A DNA stretch of 64,000 nucleotides from Geosiphon pyriformis uo1 (GCA_016748015.1 JAAOMT010000703.1:553170-617169); one strand, 5' to 3'. Numbered from the stretch's first letter, positions 38,104 through 52,880 are shown. Notes: generated from the letters alone by a model not told the origin. A program made the numbers and translations.

Positions 38104-38795
38104 TGTTACGGGTTGGAGTAACAAGCTAACAGATAGTAAAGGAGAACAGAATTGTAGGGTAATGGAAATAATCAAAGAGGAATTCAACTTTAGAGAGTGA
38201 ATTAAATAAGTATAGATTCAATGTGTGAGATTAGTCTCATAAAATATCTCAGTTGCTATTCTTTTCAAAGATAACTGGGGAATCTAAAGATAGAGAGATA
38301 GTCCGTACTGTCAATAATTGATTATTGCTGGTATTAATTTTATGTCTTTATGTTAGTGCTCTTAGAATTCAATATCAGATATCAACTTGTGCTCTTCAGT
38401 CACGTTTATACAAATAATCTTCAAATACTACAATTATTCAAACAGGAAAAGGCCAACAAGTAATCTTTTATCCTAAGATATTTGGATATTTGAAAATAGG
38501 GAAAGAAAAATTAGCGATAAGAGAGTGATTGAGATGAAAGTTGTTATTTTTATTTATTTGATTCTTGTCTGAGAGATGATTTTCTACAGCTAAGAGACTC
38601 ATTGCTTATATAGCTATTGAAAATGGTCAACAACCAGGTTAATGACTAGGTCAATGATCAGGTCAATGATCAGGTCAATGATTAAGTCAATGATCAGGTC
38701 AACAATTACTATTTAAAAATAGAGTGGCTAATTATATAACATCAATGGCTAATACATGTGATTACTAATAAAAATTATGGATTTTAACTATAACA
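38104..38795 (-). repeat. 5' LTR of C (692 bp)
   Basis: Adjacent to the PBS; repeat of 31111-31768. Confidence 0.93.
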
Positions 38796-40174
38796 GTATA
38801 TATAAATATGTATTATTGTTTAAATTAATTCAAATAGCCAATTATATATAACAAGTGTGTAAGTTATATTTAATTAGAATTTCTTAGTTTAATTCTGTAT
38901 ACTAAATAGTAACTAAATTGTATTTATTAAAAGAAAATTTTTTTTAATATTATAAACATTAAAGATTTAATATATTAAAAATTTATAAAATTAGAATTTT
39001 AACAATTTTTAACTAAATTACTTTAATAATTTTGAATTATTATTTGAAAATTACAAATAATATTTGGATTTTAATAAAACTTAGTTTTAAAAAAAGATTA
39101 TATTATTATATAAAAATTAAATTATTAAATAATATAATAATTTTTTATATTTTTTATATTTATTTATTTTAATGAATACAGCCCAATTGCTATTTAGTAT
39201 GCAAAATTAAACTAAATAACCCTAACTAAATGTAACTTATGTGCTTGTTACATGTTTTATATTAATTAATATATATTATTATTTAATAGTTTAATAAAAC
39301 AGTTTATAATTTATTAAAATATACAAAAGTTTATAAAAATTTAATAAAAAAAAGTGTTTAATTTAAAATAATACTATCAAAAAAAATAATTTTTTTTAGT
39401 ATCTTAAAAAAGTTAATAACAATAATAATAATCAAACAAGATTGTTTCTTGGTTTTTTTGGCCAATTAATAAAAGAAAAAAGTAGCTTTCCTACCAGTTT
39501 GCTGTTAAAAATCCTTGAACTTTTCATAATAATAATGACCACACTAAGACTGGTCTTAGTTGATTGCTTGAAAAAAACTTTGAGTGAAAAAAAACTCTTA
39601 CTCAAAGCCAAAAATAGCAGTTAAAAACTGCTTTGTTTATATATTACTTAAAAAAAACATTCCAAAAGAGTGCTGTCTAGCTGTTTCCATTTCAGAGAGG
39701 GCTTTTTGAGTATTAAAACTAAAAACAATATTGAAAATAGGGGTTGCAATTATAAAAATAGAAGAGAAAAAAGTTTTTTATTTTTTACGATTTTTTGTAT
39801 TATAATAAATATTTATTAATTTTCGATTGAAATTAAAAATAACATATTTTAAATTGGCTTTATTTTTTAAAATAAATTCTTTTTGAAATCATATAGATGT
39901 GTTTAAGTTTATTATGTATAAATAATTGATATTAAATCAATATTTAAATCTTAATCAAAATATTATTTTTTGCATATATATTTTTTAATAATTAAAAGCC
40001 AAAAGCTTTGAATGTAATATTGATAATTTCCTTTGCGAAAAAAAATCGAAACTTCGAGAAATACCTAGAATAGCTATTTATAGTAGCTGGTGATGTATTA
40101 ATATGAATACACGCGAAAAGATCGATCATGACTAGTTTCTTTTGTTTCCCTTCGTTATTTTGCTATTCTCCGAG

Positions 40175-41979
40175 ATGCCCATCTGTGTACACAAAGGCTG
40201 TGAAAAAACTTATTCTGAAGAGGAAAATAATGACGCGGCATGTCTCTACCACCCAGCTCCGCCTATTTTTCATGAAGGTTTGTATTGGGCCTTTTCAAGC
40301 TGATTTTTTTGATAATTGAAACGATAATTTCGTTTCAATTTATTCGATTAGTGGAAGTTCTGGACAGGAGCCTTTGGATTGAGATTTTCTCGAACTAATT
40401 ATTTATTCCTTTTACAACTTAACTGAACTTGACCAATTTTTATCTATACTTTAGGTTTAAAAGGATGGCAATGTTGTTCTCGGCGTGTTGCATCTTTTGA
40501 GGATTTTCTGGCTATCTCAGGATGTACGCGGGGGTAATGTATTGAACCTTGAGTAATTAGTAATCTGTCTTGGTTCAGTTTACTAGACTGACACACCCTT
40601 TAGTCGCCACACAAATGAACCTCCTGCTTCTATCCCTTCAAATAAAAAAGAAGATCCTTTTAACCCCGTGGCAACCCGTGTCGAAAACGATGTAGAGGTT
40701 TATGATACTGGTCCTTCGATTCCATTTATCTCCAAGAAAGATGCAGTACCACCCGATTCATCACCATCAATAAAAGGGAAAACAACAACCAATAAAGGGG
40801 CTGTTAAGCCCTTAGTTGTTGATCAGACCCTCGAGGAAGATGATCTTTCAATACAAGTCGTACCGGGGACCAAATGTAAGCGCTCTGGATGCGGTAAGGA
40901 GTATACTGATGAAGCACAAAGTCGTGCTGAGGGTGGTATTGAATCAATGTGCGTTTATCATTCGGGTAGTCCTGTGTTTCATGAAGGCAGCAAAGGTAAT
41001 TCAGATCCAACTTCCTACCAACAATCAGGGTTTCCTGATTATTTAAATTTACCCTGAGTTCAGTGTAAGTTATACTGAAACTTTTGTTTTACTGCCATAG
41101 GATGGAGCTGTTGTTCTCGCAAGGTTCTGGAATTTGACGAATTCCTCAAGATCGGTGGCTGTAAAACTGGAAAACATTTATTTGTTGGCTCTGGGAAAAA
41201 CAGTGTGAGTATTAATTTTGACTAGGGTAAATATGAATAAAGTGAATCAAACACGTATGGGGTGGATAGTTTCGGGGAATTACATTTTTTTCATAACCTT
41301 CTAAAACCACAATGAGGAATTCACTATTCACTTTCACTTTATAATCGCCTAGAAACTGACCGAAGAGACTGTTAGCTGTCGTCATGATTGGTTAGTATTA
41401 CGATGTTTTTTGATATTCACTCGACTATCATTCTGTGACAGCAAATAGTAAAGCATATCAAACATTGGTTTCCTCAAAGGTATCAAACACCGACCTGGGT
41501 AATCATGTCAGTATTTGCTAAAAAAGTTGATAAAGAACGATCAACAGTATCGTTTAGTGATCGAGAGGTTCTTCAGTTTAATTTATCATCTTTGACTCGT
41601 TTTTGCAGACAGTTTATGATTCTTTCATTACCCTACTAGTTAAGCATAGACTTGAAGATGCAAGAAGGCAAACATTTCCGAGAGACGTATCCGCTGTATC
41701 AACACATTGATCCAAAGAACTCCACCTTTGAAGTATTGTCAACGAAAGTCGAGATAAAAATGAAAAAAGGTGAGTGAATATATGTTTTCATAGCTTCGAT
41801 TAATTGTCGAAGTCTTTAACACATTTTTAATAGCCAACGGTATCTCTTGGCCTTCTTTGAGGTTGAATGAAGGCGTAGTGACCGGAGTAACTACCTTTGG
41901 GGTAACTGGGGGGAATGCTACAGTTGGTGGAAAGGAATATAGTCTTGCCACTGATTCACCTTTATATACGCAGACATGA
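40175..41979 (+). CDS. CHORDC1: CHORD-CHORD-CS domain Hsp90 co-chaperone (CHORDC1/Chp-1-like), 8 exons, 359 aa
   Basis: Exons 40175-40277, 40455-40533, 40604-40995, 41101-41204, 41353-41390, 41480-41567, 41640-41769, 41834-41979 (GT-AG introns, 1080 nt in frame); two C..KGC...C.YH...P.FHEG.KGW.CC motifs; CS domain CRHDWYQT. Confidence 0.93.
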
Positions 41980-42189
41980 AACCATAGATTCCTGTGCTGA
42001 ATTCTCGGTTAACCATTTAAAGCGTTCTATTTTTAGCCATTAAATTAAATCATCAAATCAGGAATTAATAATAGATTGTAGTAACACACAGTTTTGTGTT
42101 CTCAATATTTATGGTAATAAATATTTTTTTCAAAATTTAAACATCGAACCCATTTTGTAAAATACCGAACTTTTAAAAATGTTTCTGAA

Positions 42190-43053
42190 ATGAAATCAAA
42201 TAAAAAGAATAGTGAAGCTTCAACTGCTATAAACATCACAACCAACAAATACAAGAAACAAAAAAATAGCCCTTCCAAATATCCCAAAAATATTATTTCA
42301 ACCTTTCAAACTACTGCCTTGTCTCAACCCCTAGCCTGGCCCTCTTTGTCTCAAAAACCAGAGCTCGAAACCAAAATCCTAGTCCTAAACCAAATAGTGT
42401 CGATAACTTCCTTCTTTTCACTCAAAGAATGTACAAATTTCATCGATTTCATAGATCAATTTATTCCTCTCAAAGCGGCAAATCCAACTTTGATTCCCAA
42501 AAAAGGGGAAGCATATCGTGACAATGATCGATTTTCTGTAGAAGATCGATCATTCGCCGAGACATTATATGCTATCACCGGGCTTTCTAAAATGATCTTT
42601 TCCTTAATACCTTGCAATAGTAGTAAGACTGTTAAAACGGTAGTAGGCCTGAACCCTAATATTCGAATCTATAGATATTCTCCTGGGCAGAAATTTGGTC
42701 CACATTATGATGAATCAGTAAAAGATTCTTTAGGAAGGGTGAGTGGATGGACATTGTTGATTTATTTGAATGGTGGAGAGGAGGAGCGAGAAGTACCTTT
42801 GGTTGGAGGTGAGACGGTTTTTTATAGAGGCAAGAAAGGTGATGAAATTGTAGTGAAACCGACGCGTGGTTTGGCCTTGTTGCACAAGCACGGATTCGAT
42901 TGTTTGTTACATGTAAGTTAAGAATAGATTCTGGGGGTTTTTTTGCCTTTGGAATTGTTTATTAATTAAAGTATTTTCTCGATTAATTAGGAGGCCTTAG
43001 AAGTCAAGAAAGGAACTAAGTATCTCTTGCGAACTGATGTGATGTTTGCGTGA
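42190..43053 (+). CDS. 2-oxoglutarate/Fe(II)-dependent oxygenase (prolyl-4-hydroxylase-like), 2 exons, 261 aa
   Basis: Exons 42190-42912 and 42991-43053; RIYRY..GQ.FGPHYD, LLIYLN, GGET.F, LLHE, KYLLRTDVM. Confidence 0.9.
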
Positions 43054-44088
43054 ATTTAATATTTCCAAGATATTCGTGTATTGTTGAATATAAGCTTTCT
43101 TGAACAGGTTTTCAAGACGTTACCTCAGATTCACAACCTCAATTTCGAAAACCAATTTATCCAATCTTGCTATTAATTGATCAAAATAAGATATCAGCCA
43201 ACGCCATTCCTTTGATCGAGACTCTGTAAACATAACTTATTATCGGAAAATTTAATATTAGTCGATTATTATCGTTCTTTAAGCCATGTTCGTTTTCTTT
43301 CCGTTATCAACTGATCCATAATTTCCTTCCAGCTCTTTTACTAGCCGATACAAGCTTTAGCCTACGTTTCCTTAATTTCCAAAGCACAGTTAGTAATCAT
43401 TGATTCGTCCTCGCAAGTAAGGCCCCCATGTCGACTAAAATTTATAGGTTCCCTTTATATCTTTCCATTGGAAAGTTTTAGAAATGAGGAGATCGTTATA
43501 AGTGTGATTTCTTGGGATGTGTAGTGCAAATTTGCGGGAGGACATGAAATGCCTATTCAGGACAATTTGGATGCTTTCATGTTTGTTTAATTCAACTAAA
43601 TTCGGGCTATTTTTAATCTGCGAATAATGTATTAATACATAAGTGCGAGCTAAAAAAGCACCTCATCCACTTTTTGATATGCCAAAACTCAACTTCATAT
43701 ATAAATAAAACACTTTGAAATAATTGAAGAATCCCAGAGTACAATTCGAAAGCACATCTTATAATTTCGTTGGTTAAAGCACCTTTAAAACTCAAAAAGA
43801 ATGGAAATTTAAATAGCTACTTTCTGATTCATTTTCGGAATGGAAATATATAATTGGAACTATTTTACATTCATTATTGCGCATACCAACTCCAGATTTT
43901 TTGTATTAATGCAAAATTTCAGAATGGTGTTCAACTTTAAATTACTAAGATTAAGGTTGTGAATAATTTTCAAAATTTGGATTAAATTTCTGTAATTCTC
44001 AAATTTTCAAATTATACATAAATATTATTATTAAAACAATAATTTATGATTTTAAGGGAAAGTTGTCTCTACTTCTACATCCATAACA

Positions 44089-45262
44089 ATGCTTTTACCT
44101 TTGATTCCACCTTTTCGTTATGCCCTTGTTGAAGACGAGGTGTATCGCGGGGCGGACCCGAAGAATCGAAATTTTCGTTTTCTTAAAAGGTATTTCACGT
44201 CATTTATTATTTTTTCAACAAGTACCTTTTCCCCACAGAAAACTGACTGTACAGTTAAACTATCTTTGACAACTCTTAAATTTACCCTTTAATTTCCGAG
44301 ATTAAAACTTAAAACAATTCTTTCCCTCGTTCCTGGTGCGCCAGAGCAAGAAGTCATGGACTTTTGTAAGATTCAAAACATCAGGGTGATTAGTATTCCA
44401 GTGGCTAAGGTAAAGGATAACGTACCGCTAAACTATAGCAAAGTGGTCCATGCTATTCAGGTATTTTCTCTAATGATTTATCCAATTTTTCAAATTAAAC
44501 ATATTTCCCATCGGATTGGTGAAATGATCTACTTTTTTAAGGGAATCAGATCATCATCGATCCCCTGAACTTGCCAATTTTTGTCCATTGCTTGGACGGT
44601 GGAAACGTCAGTGGACTAGTGGTTGCATGTCTCCGAAAGTTACAGATGTGGAGCGTTTCTTCAGCTATTGGGGAATTCATGCGGTATTAAATAATTATGA
44701 ATAATGCTCATTGAAGCTCTTTGTCTATAAATACTAAAATCATTCATGGATTTATGTGTACAGATTTCTCAGTGGGGGAGTGATTTCCTCAGAGGAAAGT
44801 GAATTTATTGAGAAATTTTCAGGCGATATTGAAATTCCTCGTACCATTCCTAAATGGTTATGGGGCGGTCAGGTCACTTTCAACAAACATCCGACGCTAA
44901 AACTTAAATTTCTAAATCGGGCCATTGTCGAATTTACTGAATCAAAACCCAAAGAAAACAAAGTAGGCTCTGCTAATAATTTGGGGACTAGTGGTGGTGA
45001 TACGGTTGATTTGCAGAATTATCGAAAACGAGTTAGCAGTAAGTGTTTCTCGATCTTAATAAAAATGTTTAAATGTCTTCCTTGTTATTCAAAAATATTT
45101 AATCTTTTTATCTTAATATTAGCTGATTTATTAGGGGACTTGTTGGATCCATCCACAAATATTAAAACTGATTATGATGAAAGAGATGAAGTTGTTGAGG
45201 ATGAAGTAGCCAAATTATCCATGACATTACAAGCTCTCGATCTTGAGGGCTTAAAGGATTGA
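44089..45262 (+). CDS. OCA6: Siw14/Oca-family tyrosine-phosphatase-like protein (Oca6-like), 5 exons, 269 aa
   Basis: Exons 44089-44189, 44301-44460, 44550-44683, 44764-45038, 45123-45262 (810 nt); LIPPFRY..VE..VYRG, LKLKTILSL, VHCLDG, VACLRKLQ.W. Confidence 0.82.
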
Positions 45263-45575
45263 TACAATTTATAGTCTGTTCTAAAAAAACTTAAAGCTAT
45301 TGCTATTACCAGTTATTTCTGTTAAAGAAAATTTATTATTTACCAAAAAACAATATTTAAAAAAAATTATTACAATAAAATGGATTTTCAAACTCAAAAC
45401 TTTTAAATCAAATATTATTTTTTATTAAAATCTGTAAAATAAAAATAAAAACCTCAATGTTAAAGGTAATAAAATAAAGTTATTCAAAAATAATATAAAT
45501 TATTAATATATAAATTTTAATATATACAATTTATTAATGTAAAAATAACAAAATTTTTAATACACATGCTTAATT

Positions 45576-45613
<38 letters not shown>

Positions 45614-45659
45614 GTTTTTTTAGTTAATTATTTTTTTTAAATTATATTATAAATTTAAA

Positions 45660-48600
45660 AAACTCTTTCTTTTATTATCTCCTAATTACAACAAGAACAT
45701 AAAATAGCTAAAGAAATATGTTTTTTCTTTTTTGTCTTTATAGTTATTTTTTTTACTACATTTCTATTTGTTGCTATAGAACTGGTTGGTTTTTTTGCTA
45801 ATAATTCTGGTTTTAAATTACTTAGATTAAAGACCAAGTCTGGTACTAAAAAAAAGTGCATTAAAAGTGGTTACTTTTATAATCTCTCATATAAAAAGCC
45901 AAAAAATTTTGAAGTTATTAGTGATATAATAAACTTATTAACTAGTTTTCTATCAGTTAATACATTACAAGCTGACAACAAAGTCACAAGAAGTCTTGGA
46001 ATAGCAAAGTAGATAGCAAAAAAACCAGTATTAGTAAAGTATTAAATATAAAAAACATAAAAAACACAATTGCAAAAAAAACAAGTTATGTAAATTTAAA
46101 TACTTTTAAAACAGATAACATAATAAATAACACAATTCCAAAGAAGATACAAACTAAGATATATGTTTTAAAACAACTGTTAAATATGCTTTCTTTTAAT
46201 AAATTAAGTGATAATAAAAACATATTAGTGTTTTTAATACTTAAGTTTGATGAATTCTAAAAATTAGCATTGGTTAAAAATTTTAATTCAAAGAAATTTT
46301 TTGTATTGAATATTAAACTTTTTGTAATGTTTGACAAAACTTTTAAAAATAAGTTGTTGTCAATAAAAAAATTTTTTATTGTATTAATGGTTTTAAAAGG
46401 ACATCAACTTTCTTAAAATTTTTAGATATTATTAAATTAATCTTTATATTTGAATTAAGCTTAAACAAAGCAAAAAAATTGGCTATTAATAAGAAAATCT
46501 TAATAAATAATAATATTAGAAAAACAAACAGTTATATAGATTAGAAAGTAATTATTAAAAAAATCTTTGTAAATATTCTTAAATTGATTGTAAAATTAGT
46601 GTTCTTTAAGTTTGATAAGATTATATCTATTAAGATATAGCTTATTGGTCTTTAACAAAGACTTTAATTAAGTTTAAGTTTATTAATATTGCTGATTTGG
46701 TTTTGGTTGAGTGGTTAATTCTTATAAAAAAAAATTTTGTGTATGTAATTAAGAGTGTTAATAATAAATAAACATAGGTGTTTAAAGATTAGCATTAAAC
46801 TTTACTGTATATTTTACTAATTGACACTACTGTTTATAATCTTTCTAATTTGTTGGTATTATATAATAGAAAAACTTGTTTTATTAACTATAATTTAAGC
46901 ATATATAAATATAACAAATATATAATTGTTTGTTTTGCAAATAGAGCATTAAAAAGAATAGTTATTGGTTCTATTCCAATTTTTAAGAGTGTAAATTTGT
47001 ATTGAGCTAGTTTATTATTGACTGTTTAAGTTTTTGTTATATACTTTAGTAATGAAAATTCAAATAATTATAGCAAAAAGCCAGTTTTATTTCAAAATCA
47101 AATATGATTGGCCAATATATATAAGAAAAAACAGATTTTAATAGTTTGTTTAGTCTTTTTTGATAGTAAAATTTGGGCTTAAATTGCTGGTAATTTTTTA
47201 TTTTCTTTATTTTTTGTGCAAAATAATTCTTTAAAAATTGGTTTTTTTTAGAAATAAAGCTTCTTTTATTGGTTATATTAGAAATAAGTAATAGATTTGC
47301 TGTTTTTAAGTGTAATTTTACCAATCTTATAAAACAAGTTGATAAGTTGGCTAAGAGATTGAACACATTTAGATTAACAGTTTTTTAGTTTAGTTCTGAA
47401 TATTAGCTATTAATGATCTTTTTAGCACAGAATTAAAGAATAAATACAGTAATAAGTAAGAATTTAGATGTAATTACTAGTAGTAAAACTGTTATAAAAG
47501 CAAAGTTTTTTGATTTATTAGTTATTTTTGAGTTAAAAGACAATATAAACAATTTTTTAAAGATAATTATAGATCTGTTGACCAAAATAAAGAATATTAA
47601 ATTGGGCTTAAACACTTTTTTTCATTAATAACTAAGTTAATTGAAGAGTTATTATATACAATGTTTAAGGTATTAATGATTTTGTTAAGCAAAAAGATAT
47701 TATTTATTGGCATGTAGATTTAAAAGATATGATTTTAATTATTACAAAGACAAAATTAAGATTTAATATTAGGTTATATATAGCAAACAAATTTAATAAA
47801 GTATGTGTTTTTATGTTTAGTTTAAATAAAAGTTTTTTTTAGAGCTAATATGACAATAATTATAAACAGATCTCTGGTTTAACATATTTTAAAAATAGAA
47901 AAAGTTTTTAGTTATCTTATTTTGATCTGGTTTTTGTTTAAAGATAAAATCTCAATCAAAATTTTGGGTTTTTATGTTAATATTTCTGCTGAATTTAGAT
48001 TTGATTAAACAGCAAAAATAAATTTTTTTATTGCTAAAACAGTTAATTTTAATATTTTTGTGGTTTTGAATAAAGATTTCAATAAAAACAGATTAAAAAA
48101 TTACAAGTTTCAAGTTTTGTTTGAATTTAAGCTTAGCTAATTTATTTAATAAGCATTTATTAGTTAAGGCTCTTACTTAAAGCAGTTCTAGAGACATTAA
48201 AAAGTTCATAGATTTTATTTTTGTAAACCAAAACCTGATATCTGCAATTATGAATTATAGAATTAATATTGTGTTTGAGTTTTTTAATACAAATCACAAA
48301 ACAATCTTGGTTGTAATTAATTTGAGTGGTTTTTTAGATGTTTATCTTAATAATAATCACAAACAAACTAATAAAAATAGATAAAAGTTCAAAATTAAAG
48401 ACATTGATATTGCTAAGTAATTACAGTTTAAAAAGTATTTATTGAATAAATTCTTAAAAAAAGTATCTAAATTCAATAATACAAGAAGTTATGATAATTT
48501 GGATATAATATAAGAGATTTTAAAGAAGATAGTAATAAGTTCTATTAATAAAATGTTCTCTAAATATTGGTTCAATAAGATTAAATATTTAAAAAACAAA

Positions 48601-49685
48601 CAATTATCAAAGTTTTTTAAGTTAAAGCTGTTAATAACTAAGATTATAAAGTATTTAAGTTTGAATTAAATTTTAAAAACTAATTACCTTATTAATATTT
48701 GAACTAGTATTAATAAAAAAAAAAGTCTCCAAAGTGGGCATTATAATTAATAATGATAAAAAGTTAAAAAAAGTTTTAAGTCATCTGTTAAGAGTTAAAA
48801 AAAAGTATTATAAATCCAAATATTATAAATTCAGAATTGTTAAAAATAATTTTATCAAAAAAATAATAGATAAATATATAAAAAACTTTTGTTTTAATAA
48901 AAGACATATAATTAAAAGTGTTTTAAAATAATTGTTTTAAAAAATGATATTTGACTATTTGGTAATAAATTATAATTTGGTTCTGAAGTCTTGTAAAATC
49001 AAATTTACAATTAACAAAATTATGAAAAGATAGATAAAAAAGCATGTAGTGTTTAGTGTTTTGTTTAATTAGTAGTCTAATTAATATGTTTTTTTGAATT
49101 ATATTAATAATGATGTATTTTCAAAAATAATGTATAATATTAAGTTTGATAAGTTTCTATAAATAATTAAGAAACTACTTAATAAAAAAACCACTGGTTT
49201 TTCTGGTATTTTTAATAAGCTTTGAAAACATAATAATGTGCAAGTTTTGAATAATTTGTTGGATATTTTCAATCTGTGTTTAATGTTGAATATAATTTTC
49301 AAATAATAAAAAAAAATCTGAGTTTTTATGATACCAAAATCATATAATTAAAAAGGAATTTTTATTAATACTAGGCCAATAATTTTAAATAAAATGCTCT
49401 GGAAAATTTTGTCAAGTTTAATGTTTTATATAGTAATAATTTCTCAGTTTTAAAGAAAATATTTATTTAGATCCCAATTTTTATTGTTAGTTTTGTAATT
49501 AAAAATACATTAAAAAAAAACAAAAAGCTGTAATTAGTTCTTTAAGATATATATAAGATATACAATTTTGTTAAGTGATATTATTTACAAAACAGTCTAA
49601 TTAAAATCAATATATGTCTATGTTTAATTAAGTTTTTTAAAAGTATACATAATAATTAGATTAATTAAGTAATAATAAATTTTGG
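45660..49685 (+). mobile_element. Extremely AT-mutated LINE 3 (ORF1, APE, start of RT), cut by LTR element E
   Basis: Residual matches to the other LINEs (ataagtaatagatttgctg, aagttggctaagagattg, ccactggtttttctggtatt, agatcccaatttttattg) in collinear order. Confidence 0.75.
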
Positions 49686-51080
49686 TATTATTTATAGAAA
49701 AAGAGTACAAAAAAGAAATAAAGAAAACAGATATAAGAATAGACCAATAAAAAAATAGTACTTAATATATAAACACATTTTTAAGAATGTATATATTTAC
49801 AAAAATAAGCATATTGTTAGAAAATCATAACATATTTTCAAAAAATTATGACATATTGCTTAAAAATAAGCACAATTTTAAAAAGTAGCATAGAAAAAAT
49901 TAAGAATATATACAATCTTAAATAATATGAATTATATATATATAGCAGTAATATCAAAAGTAAAAAAAAAGACTTAAACAAATTTTTAGTTAGTTAATAA
50001 TAAATATTTATAACATATTCTGCTTTTTAAAAGATAGTTTTTTATATCTTAAAATGAAATTATTCAAATATAAAATAAAAATTATTGTTTTATTATCCAA
50101 TTTATGTTATTTTTTTTATTGAATTAACATTATTATTTTCCAATTTTATTAGCAATTTATGTTAATAACATTTACTATTTAATTATATTAAATCAATAGC
50201 TTTTGATTATAACTATTAATAGAATATTAACTTCTTATTTTTATTTTATTTTTTATTTTATTTTTATTTTTATTTTTTTGTTGCTTACTAATTGATTAAA
50301 AAATTAAGTGCTAAAATATTAACATTAAAAATAGTTTGGTAAAAAATCCATAAAATAAGAATAAAAACTTAAGAATAACTTATTAAAAAAATACAACTGT
50401 TAGATTAAACCAGTTTCTATGCTGAAGAAAAAATTTGGAAAAATAACTATTAAGTGAATTTCTGTTTATTATACAAAAAACTGAACCAAAATTTTCAGAT
50501 TTGAAAACCTTTAGAAATTACAAATAATATTAGTTATTAAACATCAAGTTAAGGAATTTGTTATTTATTCCAATATCTCAAATAATTATTTGTAACATTT
50601 GATGCTTCTTGTAAGATATAATTTAACAAAAAACAAAGTATTATTTTCAATTATTTAGAAAAGTGGCAGACTTAGAAGTTATAAGAACAAATTATTTAGA
50701 ATTTATAAAATTCTTATTCTAATAATATCAACAATAATTAAAATTAATTAGCAATTATTTTTCTGCAAAATTAGTCTTTAATTTTTACATTAACAAAAAG
50801 ATTATACATTTTTTAGAAAAAAAAACAGATTCTGAATCAGTAAAAAAAAATTTTTACAATAAATTATTTTAATATACTAGCTTATCACAGAATCACAATT
50901 TTACTTTAATTATTACTAAAATAAATTGCAAAATATAATAAAAAACTTCTTTCTCTCCTTCGTCCAAAATTCCCAAAAAAGAGTCAAAAGTTTTTTCGAA
51001 AGAAGTTTTTTACCATTTAGTACGATAAATCAAAACCATTTTTCGATTACAAGGCCACTGTTGGCTCTGTTATTGCTGTT

Positions 51081-52880
51081 ATAAAGAAGGCTACCAAAGT
51101 TTCTGGTTCTGAGGATGGTTTTAAGACAATCATGTTAAGGAAGAAGAGAAAGGGTGGTGTATTGGCAGAGAGTGTTGATAATAGAGAGGTTGCTAATAAA
51201 GCTCTTGGTAATTGTTCATGGGGTTCTGAGGTGGGTGACACTACTGAATCTGAGAGTATTGACATAGAGAAGGAGTACTTGGTTGAGAAAACCAGTGTTG
51301 ACTATGGTGAGAATGGTGTTTTTGCAGGAGAGGATCCTAATCAAACACCTAAGAGTTTGTGTGTAAAGACCAAGAAGGTGTTAGGGAAGCCTCTGGGTGT
51401 GATTAATTATGATACTGTCAATGTAGATGATGACGTGTTAGACAGTTTCTTTCTTCTTCTACCCCCTTTGCCTATCAAATTGTTCATTCAAGTGTCTGTT
51501 CGCAAATCCTTTGTTTTGGATATTGATTTCGTGGCTGTTGCTGGGAAATCATCTCAGGAGAAATTGAACTTTGTCAAAAAAAATTTTTCAGATGTGAATG
51601 GTTTTGGGGGGGCCTCTACTCTCTCAAAATTTGGTGGAATCATCCAGACATCTTTTACTTCCGAAAAAGCGATGATGGTGGCTGCTCAATTGGCAAATAA
51701 TTGTGGTATTGTGGTAAACACCAATCTTAAGTACCCCATCAACAATCATACAAATCAGGCAATTGTGTTAAAAAAAATTCCTATGGAAACTTCCATCGAG
51801 ACAGTGCATGCAGCCATTTCTGAATTTGGGCTTATTAAGTTGATCAAAATGCAGTTGGTGGGTCTATGGCAAAAGGTGATCATTGAATTGGAGGATCAAA
51901 TTTAGGCTGATCTCTTGGCAACTAAGTGGTCCATTCTTATTGGGAAAGATGCAGTGTGTGTGGCCTGGACCAATATTGACAAACAGACGTGGGATGCCAG
52001 AGATGAGTTCAGAGCTTTGCTTTACACTCTTCCTATGGGCACTACTGCTCATGATTTTTGGGACTTTATTGGTTCAGTTGGTGGGAAAACATGTGTTATT
52101 GAATGCAGCTCTGTTAGTTATGTCTGAGCATGCTGTGCCACTGTGTGCTTCGATTCTGAGGGTAGCCTTATTCAGGCAATGGCAAACACTCCTGTTATAA
52201 AAAGTGTTGGTTTCCAATGGTCTTGTTTAACCACTGCACTGTGCTCAATTTGCAGAAATTCTGGTCATACATCTCTTGCTTGTTGTACTGCTGGTGTGTC
52301 CTCAAGTCCTAGAAGCAAGAAAGCTCCTCTTTCAGCTCAGGATCAGCTCTGTCTGGCTAAGATATATGAAAAAAAATCTGCACCCGTTTCCCGTCCTTTG
52401 GCTTTCGGTGGAAAAACTTGGGCCTCCATGGTTGGTAAACCACTCCCATTAGCGTCATTTAGTGGTTCAGCTCAATCTGGTTCCGTATCTTATGGTAAAC
52501 CTCTCCCGACTGTTAGTAGTGAATTGGAAGACCATTTGAAGAATATTGAAAGCAGTCTTGTCAGCCTCGCAGGACAAATTGGTGAGTTGGCTAAGAGGTT
52601 GGACTCATTCGTGCTAGCAGTTTCCCAGCCTAGTCCTGGATGTCAGCTGCCGGTGACCCCTCCATCGCAGAATCAAGAGGAGGATATAGTGATGGAAGTG
52701 GGTTTGGGTAATGCCACTAGTGACAAGACTGCTGCCATTTTTGGTTCAACTGCTTCACCTGAGGTTGTGAAATTGGAAAACATGTTGGAGGGTCTCTCTG
52801 CTTTGGTCATGAGCCTATCGGTGCACTTGGATAGTTTGGCTTTGGCTGGTGGTGCTCTTTCTTTACCTCATTCTCAATGA
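51081..52880 (+). pseudogene. LINE 2 ORF1
   Basis: CSICRNSGHTSLAC knuckle; start codon mutated to ATA relative to LINE 1. Confidence 0.85.

Larger units (their letters stand above)
31111..38795 (-). mobile_element. Complete Ty3/Gypsy LTR retrotransposon C (no dUTPase) with 4-bp TSD GTAT (31107-10 / 38796-99)
   Basis: LTRs 31111-31768 and 38104-38795; PBS TGGTGCTCCC at 38097-38088; PPT GGAGAGGA at ~31771-31779; gag, PR (LILDSGS), RT (YLDD), RH, IN, ORF3. Confidence 0.95.

Noticed and set aside
39420-39760. Slightly GC-richer patch as a MITE or DNA transposon
   Set aside because: No TIR pair or TSD could be established.
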